Assembly (NCBI GenBank): GCA_030611085.1
Contig: JAUWQI010000003.1
Span: 4,056 to 68,055, forward strand
Source: Dehalococcoidia bacterium
GTDB taxonomy: Bacteria; Chloroflexota; Dehalococcoidia; GIF9; AB-539-J10
Length of the DNA: 64,000 nt
Direction of reading: 5' to 3'
The notes under the pieces were generated by a model. It ran no database searches. It was not told where the DNA came from and worked only from the letters and a program-made list of their open reading frames with translations. How positions within the stretch are numbered: the stretch's first letter is position 1; each line of letters starts with the position of its first letter. This document shows, one piece after another, positions 1 through 7,631 of the stretch. The translations under genes and the position numbers were made by a program.

Positions 1-1
1 T

Positions 2-880
2 ATCCGCACTGACCTTTTTCAGGCACCAATAGTTTTTGCTGGGATTTTTGTGGCTTTGGCGCTGGTTTTTTCTCAGGCGGGTGGGATGGATGGTTTAAGG
101 TTTTCTCTTCCCCCAAATTATTTCTCTTTCCCCGTAAGCCCCGATTTCGGTTGGAAGGCGCTCCTATCCCTTTTAATTCTCGTTGGAGCAACTTATGTAG
201 TGGGACCAGATATATATACTCGGCTTTTCTGTGCTAAAGAAGAAAAAACAGCCCAGTTATCAGCCTTTTTATCGGCATTTCTTTTTATTCCCTTGGCTTT
301 TGCCATTGCTTTGATAGGAATGAGTGCCAAAGTTCTATATCCTGAGATTCTTCCGGAGCAAGCTTTTCCTCAGGTAGTAAGCGGAGTTCTTTCTCCTGGT
401 TTATCAGGATTAATCCTTGCTGCCGTGATTGCTGCGCTGATGTCCTCAGCGGATACTTGCCTCCTTAGCCAGAGCGTCATTTTAACCGAGGACATATTTA
501 AGCGATTTCGCCCCTCGCTTGATGAAAGAAAGACTGTTTTATTAACTCGCTTGAGCTTGGTCACGCTAGGTGCTGTAGCGTTAGTGTTAGCTTTAGCTTC
601 TAAAGAAGTTTATGAGTCCCTGATGTTTGCTTACACCATCTTCACTTGTGGCTTAGTTGTCCCCGTGATTGCTGGGTTTTACAAAGAAAAACTAAAAGTG
701 ACTTCACAGGGAGCTCTGGCTGCTCTTATAGGTGGCGGAGCAATAGGGTTGTTGGGGAAAATTCCCTTTCTGGACATCCCTCTTAAAGGGGACATTGGGC
801 TCATAGGTTTTGCTATAAGTGCCATTCTCCTTTTTGGAGTGAGTTTCCTTACTAGCTCTGATTCAAATTCTAATATCTAA
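2..880 (+). CDS. sodium:solute symporter family protein, C-terminal part (5' end outside window)
   Basis: Frame is open from base 2. The product is polytopic and hydrophobic with Gly/Ala-rich TM helices (LSGLILAAVIAALMSSADTCLL). Family call is from motif memory only. Confidence 0.55.
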   Translation: MRTDLFQAPIVFAGIFVALALVFSQAGGMDGLRFSLPPNYFSFPVSPDFGWKALLSLLILVGATYVVGPDIYTRLFCAKEEKTAQLSAFLSAFLFIPLAFAIALIGMSAKVLYPEILPEQAFPQVVSGVLSPGLSGLILAAVIAALMSSADTCLLSQSVILTEDIFKRFRPSLDERKTVLLTRLSLVTLGAVALVLALASKEVYESLMFAYTIFTCGLVVPVIAGFYKEKLKVTSQGALAALIGGGAIGLLGKIPFLDIPLKGDIGLIGFAISAILLFGVSFLTSSDSNSNI

Positions 881-883
881 TCT

Positions 884-1058
884 CTAAATCCTAAAGAGAT
901 TGCTTCGTTCCTCGCAATGGCATTATTCAAAATTCCAAATCCAAATATCAAAACTTAGCTCATTTTGGATTTTGGTCATTCGATATTGTTTAGCATTTCG
1001 CATTTCGTGCTTAGGATTTTTCTTGTCCATGTTATAATGGGAAAGTGCATGTTGCTAT
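884..1058. repeat. MITE-like composite repeat (family B) copy 1, ending in a 64-bp block identical to the tyrA promoter/start region
   Basis: 995-1058 matches 2091-2154 base for base by eye. The upstream part resembles 1965-2090 and the reverse complement of 4409-4588. Confidence 0.75.
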
Positions 1059-1112
1059 TATGGGATAGTCGGCGTAACATTAAAACATTAAATTGTAGGA
1101 GGGTAAATTGCA

Positions 1113-1919
1113 ATGGGTATATCTAAAAAACAATTTGAAACTGTTCTGGTATCTCGGGAGGAAGGGATAACTACTATTATGTTGAACCGCCCTAAAGTTT
1201 TTAATGCTATGTCTCCACAACTCATGGTTGACCTTAGCGAAGCTGCAGAGGCAGCATCAAAAGATGAGGAAACGAAAGTAGTAGTTGTTACGGGGGTGGG
1301 GAAAGCCTTTTGCGCCGGGGGAGATGTTGCTGAGGATGTTGCTCTTGTGGGAAAGAAAACCCCTTTTGAGTATCGCGAATACATTGCAAGTTTTGCCAAT
1401 GCGATTAAAAAGATTTACTGGATGGAGAAACCTGTAATCGCTGCGATAAATGGAATAACTGTTGGAGGTGGTTGTGACTTGGCTATGGCTTGCGACATAA
1501 GAATAGCGTCTGATAAGGCTAGGTTTGGGGCAGGCTATATAAGAATGGGAATAATATCTGAACTCGGGGGAAATTATTTCCTTCCAAGGCTAGTCGGTTT
1601 GGGTAGGGCTAAGCTTTTTTCATTTACTGGGGATCTTATAGATGCGAAGAAGGCAGAAGAGATTGGCTTGGTAGATGAGGTAGTGGAGAGCAGCGAGTTT
1701 GATGCGCATGTAAAGGGGTTGGCTCAAAAACTTGCCCAAGGCCCTACTAAGACTATTGCTATGTATAAGATTGCTATGAATAGATCTATGAATATGGATT
1801 TGGAAGGTTCCTTGGAGTATTCGCAAAACCTTGCTTTCTTCACTATGCACACAGAGGATCATATAGAAGGTTATCGGGCTTTTCTGGAGAAAAGGCCACC
1901 TGTCTTTAAGGGCAAGTAA
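1113..1919 (+). CDS. enoyl-CoA hydratase/isomerase (crotonase) family protein
   Basis: 268 aa with SD AGGAGGG upstream. Crotonase hallmarks are present: VVVTGVGKAFCAGGD, PVIAAINGITVGGGCDLAMACD. Confidence 0.85.
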   Translation: MGISKKQFETVLVSREEGITTIMLNRPKVFNAMSPQLMVDLSEAAEAASKDEETKVVVVTGVGKAFCAGGDVAEDVALVGKKTPFEYREYIASFANAIKKIYWMEKPVIAAINGITVGGGCDLAMACDIRIASDKARFGAGYIRMGIISELGGNYFLPRLVGLGRAKLFSFTGDLIDAKKAEEIGLVDEVVESSEFDAHVKGLAQKLAQGPTKTIAMYKIAMNRSMNMDLEGSLEYSQNLAFFTMHTEDHIEGYRAFLEKRPPVFKGK

Positions 1920-1964
1920 CTATATGTGATGACATAAATACTTGTGCATAAGATTATGAGGAAA

Positions 1965-2154
1965 TTCTAAATCCTAAGCTCTAAACAAATTGAGATTGCT
2001 TCGTTCCTCGCAATGACCTTATTCCAATTCCAAATACCAAAACTTGTTTTGTTTTGAATTTTTGTCATTCGTGCCTTGGTATTGTTTAGGATTTCGCATT
2101 TCGTGCTTAGGATTTTTCTTGTCCATGTTATAATGGGAAAGTGCATGTTGCTAT
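1965..2154. repeat. MITE-like composite repeat (family B) copy 2, directly abutting tyrA
   Basis: Direct repeat of 884-1058 and inverted relative to 4409-4588. Contains a gattgcttcgttcctcgcaatgac half-palindrome. Confidence 0.75.
2126..2134 (+). promoter_or_regulatory. candidate extended -10 promoter element TGTTATAAT (second copy at 1030-1038)
   Basis: Perfect TGnTATAAT lies 6 nt upstream of the tyrA GTG at 2141, with no SD in between. Confidence 0.4.
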
Positions 2155-2998
2155 CATTGGCCTGGGGCTCATCGGCGGCTCTATAGGGCTTGCCCTGAAG
2201 CAGCTAGCTAAATCGAGATGGAGTATAGTTGGATATGCCCGCCGTCGTGAAGTCGCTTCCCTTGCCTTGAAGTTGGGGGTAGTTGATACAGCAGAAACAA
2301 GTTTAGCCAATGCCGTTAGAGAAGCCGAAATTATCATCATTGCCACTCCAGTTCTAACTATAAAGGAAATCCTGGCACAGATAGCAAATCACCTTCCCCC
2401 CGGGTCTATAGTCACCGATACTGCGAGCACCAAGCTTCAGGTCATGAAATGGGCTGAGGAGATATTGCCGCCGACGGTGGATTTTGTTGGTGGGCATCCT
2501 ATGGTAGGGAAGGAAAGCTATGGCATCCGGGCTGCCGAAGCGGGACTGTTTCAGGGATGCACTTATTGTCTTACCCCAGCAAAGAAAGCTTCGCCCCAAG
2601 CGATAGATAGAGTGACCAATATGGTAAAAATGCTGGGGGCAAGCCCCTTTTTAATAGATGCTCAAGAACATGATGACTTAGTAGCTGGCATCAGTCATTT
2701 GCCCATGTTGCTCTCAGCGGCTCTGGTATCAGCCACGGCCAAGGATGCCTCGTGGCATAAGATGTCCAGGCTAGCTGCCTCTGGCTATCGTGACCTTACT
2801 CGTCTGGCTTCGGGGAACCCTGAGGTAAATGCTCATATCTGTAGTAGCAATCAGAAAGCTATAGTCCAGTGGATTAATAAATTCAGCAAGGAATTGGAGA
2901 GCTATCGCCAACTGGTGATGGTAGGGGATAAAGGTTTGGAAGAAGCTCTAACCAGGGCTAACAAAACAAGACAGGAATGGCTAAACAAGACACAATAA
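2141..2998 (+). CDS. tyrA: prephenate/arogenate dehydrogenase
   Basis: GTG start. N-terminal Rossmann motif VAIIGLGLIGGSIGLAL plus GGHPMVGKE and the HD..VA.ISHLP motif. Overlaps aroA by 22 nt. Confidence 0.85.
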   Translation: MHVAIIGLGLIGGSIGLALKQLAKSRWSIVGYARRREVASLALKLGVVDTAETSLANAVREAEIIIIATPVLTIKEILAQIANHLPPGSIVTDTASTKLQVMKWAEEILPPTVDFVGGHPMVGKESYGIRAAEAGLFQGCTYCLTPAKKASPQAIDRVTNMVKMLGASPFLIDAQEHDDLVAGISHLPMLLSAALVSATAKDASWHKMSRLAASGYRDLTRLASGNPEVNAHICSSNQKAIVQWINKFSKELESYRQLVMVGDKGLEEALTRANKTRQEWLNKTQ

Positions 2999-4365
2999 GA
3001 ACCGTCAAACCTTGCCCCAGGTTGGAGGGGGAGATTATCCTGCCTGGCGATAAGTCTATCTCCCATCGAGCTGTCATACTTAATAGCTTAGCGAGAGGTA
3101 AAGCCGAAATCGGCAATTTTGCCCCAGGCAAAGATTGCTTGGCTACAGTTAGATGTCTGCGGGCTCTGGGAGTGGAAATTGAGAAGAAGAGCAAGTTTGG
3201 AAACCTTCCCGCTAAGGTCATTCTGAGCACTCAACAAACCCAACAAACTCAAGGAACTCTTGCCGTTTCGGGAACTGGTGACTATGGTCTCAAGGAAGCA
3301 GACAGAGTGCTCAATGCCGGAGACAGCGGCACCACTATGCGTCTTCTCTGTGGTCTCCTTTCCAGCCAGCCTTTTATGTCTGTTATCACTGGTGATGCCT
3401 CCCTTCGCTCCCGTCCTATGGGAAGGTTAATTAAGCCACTGAGGTCCATGGGCGCTGAAATTTGGGGAAGAGGTGAGGATTCCTTTGCCCCTTTGGTAAT
3501 TAGGGGTAGGGAACTGCATGGCATAGATTTTACCTTGTCCATTCCCAGTGCTCAGGTAAAATCGGCAATTTTATTAGCCGGACTTTTCGCTCAGGGCAAC
3601 ACTGTATTACACCAGCCAATTCCTTCGCGAGACCACACTGAAAGGATGCTTAAACAAATGGGTGTTAGGATAGAATGCGAAGGAGATTCGATTTCCTTGA
3701 CGCCTTTGAGTAATCCCTTATCTCCTCTCAGCTTTCGTGTCCCTGGCGATATTAGCTCGGCAGCTTACTTTCTAGTTGCCGGAGCTATTCATCCCAATGC
3801 CAGGATTATCCTGAGAGATTGCGGCATCAACCCTACGCGAACTGGAATCATAGATGTTCTTATAGCTATGGGAGCTAAGCTTGAAATAGAGAATGAGAGA
3901 TGGGAAGCTAATGAACTCCTGGCTGATATTGTGGTAGAATCTAGTGAGCTAAAGGGAATTGAGATTGGTGGTGGTAGTATCCCTCGCCTCATTGATGAGA
4001 TTCCCGTATTAGCTGTAGCTGGCTGTGTGGCTAAAGGCAAAACTGTTATCAGAGATGCTGGTGAGTTACGAGTGAAGGAATCAGATAGGATTGCTGCTGT
4101 ATCACAAGAGCTTTCTCGATTAGGTGCTGAAGTTGAGGAATTACCCGATGGCATGGTTATCCATGGAGGGGAATTTTTATCGGGGGCGGAGGTTGATAGT
4201 CATAAGGACCATCGTTTGGCAATGAGTCTTGCTATAGCTGGGTTGATAGCTAAGGGAGAGACAACTATCGCCCAGGCTCAATCAGCAGAAATCTCCTATC
4301 CTGCCTTCTGGCAGGATTTGGTTTCCCTTGTCCCTCAAGCATGTCATTCTGAGGGAGCGAAGTGA
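2977..4365 (+). CDS. aroA: 3-phosphoshikimate 1-carboxyvinyltransferase (EPSP synthase)
   Basis: 462 aa with LPGDKSISHRA, GDSGTTMRLL, RVKESDRI and DHRLAMS motifs. The C-terminal ACHSEGAK and the stop codon are supplied by a family A repeat. Confidence 0.9.
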   Translation: MAKQDTIRTVKPCPRLEGEIILPGDKSISHRAVILNSLARGKAEIGNFAPGKDCLATVRCLRALGVEIEKKSKFGNLPAKVILSTQQTQQTQGTLAVSGTGDYGLKEADRVLNAGDSGTTMRLLCGLLSSQPFMSVITGDASLRSRPMGRLIKPLRSMGAEIWGRGEDSFAPLVIRGRELHGIDFTLSIPSAQVKSAILLAGLFAQGNTVLHQPIPSRDHTERMLKQMGVRIECEGDSISLTPLSNPLSPLSFRVPGDISSAAYFLVAGAIHPNARIILRDCGINPTRTGIIDVLIAMGAKLEIENERWEANELLADIVVESSELKGIEIGGGSIPRLIDEIPVLAVAGCVAKGKTVIRDAGELRVKESDRIAAVSQELSRLGAEVEELPDGMVIHGGEFLSGAEVDSHKDHRLAMSLAIAGLIAKGETTIAQAQSAEISYPAFWQDLVSLVPQACHSEGAK

Positions 4366-4408
4366 GTGAAGAATCTCTTTGGTGAGGGTGGTTAATGAGA
4401 GGATAGTT

Positions 4409-4588
4409 TAAAAATGTAGTTGCCCAATTGACTATAAATCCTGAGCTCTAAATACGAAATGCTAAACAATATCAAAGCACCGATGACAAAAATTCAAAAC
4501 AAAACAAGTTTTGGTATTTGGATTTGGAATAATGTCATTGCGAGGAACGAAGCAATCTCAATTTGTTTAGAGCTTAGAGTTTAGAAAT
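4409..4588. repeat. MITE-like repeat family B copy 3 (inverted orientation), includes family C palindrome arm
   Basis: Its reverse complement aligns to 1965-2110 and to 44809-44914. Confidence 0.75.
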
Positions 4589-4615
4589 TAAAATCTAGCA
4601 TTTAATGGGGGTGAT

Positions 4616-4885
4616 ATGGCTACGGAGTTAGTTCACATAGGTTTTGGCAGTGTCATAGCTGTAAATAGAGCGATTGCTTTTCTTTCTCTGAATCAACAGC
4701 CAGTCAAACGTCTCATTCGGGAGGTAAGAGAGAAAGGACTTTTAATTGATGCTACTCATGGCAGAAAAGCTAAGACTGCTATTGTCTTTGACACCGGGCA
4801 TGTAATGCTGGCTGCCGTGTCATCGGAGACTATCGCTCATAGATTAGCTACTCCATCTTCGCCCGATGAGGAGAAAATTGAATAA
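4616..4885 (+). CDS. remA: RemA/DUF370 family regulator-like protein
   Basis: 89 aa. IGFGSVIAVNRAIAF..PVKRLI...GLLIDATHGRKAKTAIVFDTGHV matches the DUF370/RemA pattern, and the gene has the classical position upstream of gmk. Confidence 0.75.
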   Translation: MATELVHIGFGSVIAVNRAIAFLSLNQQPVKRLIREVREKGLLIDATHGRKAKTAIVFDTGHVMLAAVSSETIAHRLATPSSPDEEKIE

Positions 4886-4899
4886 CGAGATGTCTAGCC

Positions 4900-5103
4900 G
4901 GAGTCTTGAGCCCTTCGCCTTCTGTCCTTCTGAGCGTAGCGAAGAATCCCAGAGACCCTTCACTTCGTTCAGGGTGACAAAAGGAGGTTGTCCTTCTGAG
5001 CGTGTGAGCCGAAGCCCTGAACCCTTCGCTCCTTGTCATTCTGAGGGAGCGAAGCGACTGAAGAATCTCGCTCAGGGTAAACTCCGTGAAGGGGAAGAAT
5101 CTC
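4900..5103. repeat. tandem cluster of family A half-palindromes (gtcattctgagVgagcgaag..gaagaatct type)
   Basis: At least three units are readable: tccttctgagcgtagcgaagaatc, tccttctgagcgtgtgagccgaagcc and gtcattctgagggagcgaagcgactgaagaatctcgctcaggg. Confidence 0.8.
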
Positions 5104-5108
5104 ATCCT

Positions 5109-5690
5109 TTGCTCATCGTTCTTTCCGGACCTTCGGGAGTGGGCAAGGATTTTGTTCTTGCCAGAATGAAAAAACTGGGACGTTCTTATCACTATGTTAT
5201 TACTGCTACCACGCGCCCACGGCGTGCCACAGAGAAAGAGGGGGTAGATTATTATTTCCTTTCCCGAGAGAAGTTTCAGCAGATGAAAGATAAAGGGCAA
5301 CTTTTGGAATGGGCTGAGGTTTATGGCAACTACTATGGTGTGCCTAAGGATGAGATAAGCCAGGCATTATCTAAGGGGATGGATGCTATAGTCAAGGTGG
5401 ATGTTCAAGGCGCTGCCACTATTAAGAAAATCCTGCCCCAGGCGATGTTCATTTTTCTTATGCCTCCTTCAATGGGGGAGCTAGAACTGCGACTGGAGCA
5501 GCGTCGCAGCGAGTCTTCAGCAGACTTAGCTCTAAGATTGGGGAAAGCTAAAGAGGAAATGAAAAGCTTGCCGCTCTTCGATTATGGCATAACAAGCCAC
5601 CAGGGTAAAATCGATGATATTATCTCCCAAATTGATGCCATTGTTGTCGCCGAGAAGTGCCGCGTGAAGCCGAGGGTTGTGGAGCTATGA
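5109..5690 (+). CDS. gmk: guanylate kinase
   Basis: P-loop LSGPSGVGKD plus TTRPRR..E.EGVDYYF. The track ORF (from 4866) has a 5' extension made only of repeat sequence. TTG 5109 is the first in-frame start next to the P-loop, so the start is uncertain. Confidence 0.85.
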   Translation: MLIVLSGPSGVGKDFVLARMKKLGRSYHYVITATTRPRRATEKEGVDYYFLSREKFQQMKDKGQLLEWAEVYGNYYGVPKDEISQALSKGMDAIVKVDVQGAATIKKILPQAMFIFLMPPSMGELELRLEQRRSESSADLALRLGKAKEEMKSLPLFDYGITSHQGKIDDIISQIDAIVVAEKCRVKPRVVEL

Positions 5691-6382
5691 CTTTGCCAGG
5701 GCAGCTTTATAAGTTGCAGCAGATTGATTTAGAACTTAAGGGAAGGCAACAAGAGTTAAACGAGATTGAAAATCAGCTAAATGACAATAAGGCTTTGGTC
5801 GCTGCTGAATCCAAACTTGCCTCACAAAAAGAGCAACTGGCAGGGGTGAAAAAAGAGCAAAAGAACTCTGAATGGGAGTTAGATGACCTCCAGGAGAGGG
5901 TCAGCAAGCTCGGTGGCAAGCTCTATAGTGGCACGACTAAGAATCCCAAGGAACTAGTTAACCTTGAAAGTGAAGTCAAGAGCCTTAAGAGCAAAATCAG
6001 CAAGAAAGAAGACGAACTATTGGAGCTAATGAGCCAGGTGGAAGGGATGGAAGCTGAGGTAAAGGCTAGTACTGGTGAGTTTGAGCGGGTGAAGCGAGAA
6101 TGGCAACAGGGACAGGAGAATCTTGGGCGAAGGAAAACTGAAGTTGAAGCTGCGATTGTTAAGCTTAGCCTAGCCCGTCACAAACTGGCGCAACAAATTG
6201 ATTCCGCAGCACTGGAACTCTATGAGCAAATTGGGCTAACAAGAAAGCCTGCTGTAGCTAAAGTAGAGCAGGGAAGATGTCAGGGATGCTATATCACCTT
6301 ACCCATAAGCCAATGGCAAAAGGCTAAAGCTGGTGATTTAATCCAATGCAATAGCTGTGGCAGGATATTGTATGTAGAATAG
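5687..6382 (+). CDS. COG1579-type coiled-coil protein with C-terminal C4 zinc ribbon
   Basis: ATGA overlap with the gmk stop. Long coiled coil, then CQGCYITLP...CNSCGRILY. Confidence 0.65.
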   Translation: MTLPGQLYKLQQIDLELKGRQQELNEIENQLNDNKALVAAESKLASQKEQLAGVKKEQKNSEWELDDLQERVSKLGGKLYSGTTKNPKELVNLESEVKSLKSKISKKEDELLELMSQVEGMEAEVKASTGEFERVKREWQQGQENLGRRKTEVEAAIVKLSLARHKLAQQIDSAALELYEQIGLTRKPAVAKVEQGRCQGCYITLPISQWQKAKAGDLIQCNSCGRILYVE

Positions 6383-6584
6383 CAGGGATGTGTGGAACGT
6401 CCTCCGAAGCTAATCACAGAGAGCAGATTAAATTCTTGCAAAATTTTTACTCCAGGCAGAGTCCCATTTTCCCGGTTTAGTAATATATAGGTAAGACCAA
6501 ACTGTTATGTTGGACTTAAAATTCATCGAATCTAGGATTAGGGGACATGATGTAATCCAGATAGATAGGAGACACACATAAATT

Positions 6585-7061
6585 ATGAAAAGGTGGGTAG
6601 TCATAGGTTCAGTTATCACTCTAGTAACGGTTTTGGTCTGTGGGGGCGTCGCTTGCTGGTGGCTGTCCCCTGGAGACCTTGGCACAGACGACCTAGACAG
6701 ATTGGGCTTAGAGCCGGGCAAGGGAAGGGTTATTGGAGTTGTTACTGATAAAAAGGAATTCTTGCCACCGGGGGCAACACTGCAGACCTACGAAGGGGCA
6801 TCGATTTCGGTTTGCGAGGCGGTGCAAGCGGGGACCTATAAGTTAAGTGAAGAAGAACCCGAACGGATAAACTATGATGTTGGTGAAATGGTCGCCGAAG
6901 TGAAATCAGGGGAAGACGGCTATTGGCAGGTGGACCTGGATCCGGGCAGATATTTTATTCGGGCTTTCTATGGAGAACGTAGTTACACAGGAGACATATT
7001 CATTGAAGTTAAAGAGGGTGAGGTAGAACATCTCAGTTTAGAACTGATACACGGGGTCTAG
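6585..7061 (+). CDS. hypothetical N-terminally membrane-anchored protein
   Basis: 158 aa with an N-terminal TM/signal anchor (VVIGSVITLVTVLVCGGVACWWL) followed by a beta-rich domain. No family recognised. Confidence 0.5.
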   Translation: MKRWVVIGSVITLVTVLVCGGVACWWLSPGDLGTDDLDRLGLEPGKGRVIGVVTDKKEFLPPGATLQTYEGASISVCEAVQAGTYKLSEEEPERINYDVGEMVAEVKSGEDGYWQVDLDPGRYFIRAFYGERSYTGDIFIEVKEGEVEHLSLELIHGV

Positions 7062-7200
7062 CAGGCGGCTTAATAATCGTTATCATAGTCAAGGAGGGAG
7101 GCTTTTCCTGACCAGCAGCCGGCTTATTTTTCTTCCCGGTAGATTTTCTATTTCTTCCCAAAAGCCACAGAACATAAGAGTGTTTAGCAATCTTGCATTC

Positions 7201-7260
7201 TGTCATTCTGAGCCCCAGGCGAAGAATCTCAAAGATTCTTCACTCCGCTTCAGAATAACA
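7201..7260. repeat. family A repeat, complete hairpin form
   Basis: tgtcattctgagc..cgaagaatctc aaa gattcttcac..gcttcagaataaca is a self-complementary unit of about 60 bp. Confidence 0.8.
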
Positions 7261-7356
7261 ACAAGAAGAGCAACAGCTTGCCGTTAATAAACGCTCTCGG
7301 GAACATAATGCTTGACCTTGCTGATATAATAGTAGTAGAAAAAAAGGAGGCGTAAG

Positions 7357-7503
7357 ATGGAAATAGTAATAGCTATTCTGGTGATAGCTGCAATAATCGG
7401 GATAGCCATAGCATCTAGAAAGAGGAGTAAGGGGAAAGGTGCTAGGGGCGAGGACTATGGTGGTGATGATGACGGTGGAGATGGAGACGGAGACGGTGAC
7501 TAG
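7357..7503 (+). CDS. small single-pass membrane protein with Gly/Asp-rich acidic tail (48 aa, not in ORF track)
   Basis: SD AAGGAGG lies 6 nt upstream of the ATG. Product is MEIVIAILVIAAIIGIAIASRKRSKGKGARGEDYGGDDDGGDGDGDGD. Confidence 0.5.
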   Translation: MEIVIAILVIAAIIGIAIASRKRSKGKGARGEDYGGDDDGGDGDGDGD

Positions 7504-7631
7504 CTCCGGGTCATAGCTTGATTAGGAGTTTTTTGCCATTTTCATACTGGCATTGCCTGGGCATTAAATCGATATCAAGGGGTTTCTCTTGAAGTAAGTG
7601 TATAATAGAGCATCTTCCAGGGAGGAAGAAA

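Noticed and set aside
370-564. Many track ORFs antisense to or out of frame with strong genes. Examples: 370-564, 1088-1399, 3789-4154, 8443-8877, 15065-15556, 30948-31397, 32869-33122, 58257-58721, 59258-59710, 61981-62280.
   Set aside because: Each lies entirely inside, or opposite to, a CDS with clear family motifs. They lack SD sequences and have low-complexity or Ser/Pro/Arg-rich shadow-frame composition.
4900-5103. Clustered short repeats as a CRISPR array (also 33715-33864 and 53089-53211).
   Set aside because: Units are imperfect half-palindromes in mixed orientation without regular spacing or unique spacers. No cas genes are present.
4866-5108. The N-terminal 81 residues of the track gmk ORF as a real domain.
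   Set aside because: The sequence is entirely the translation of family A repeat units, which are also found in non-coding spacers.
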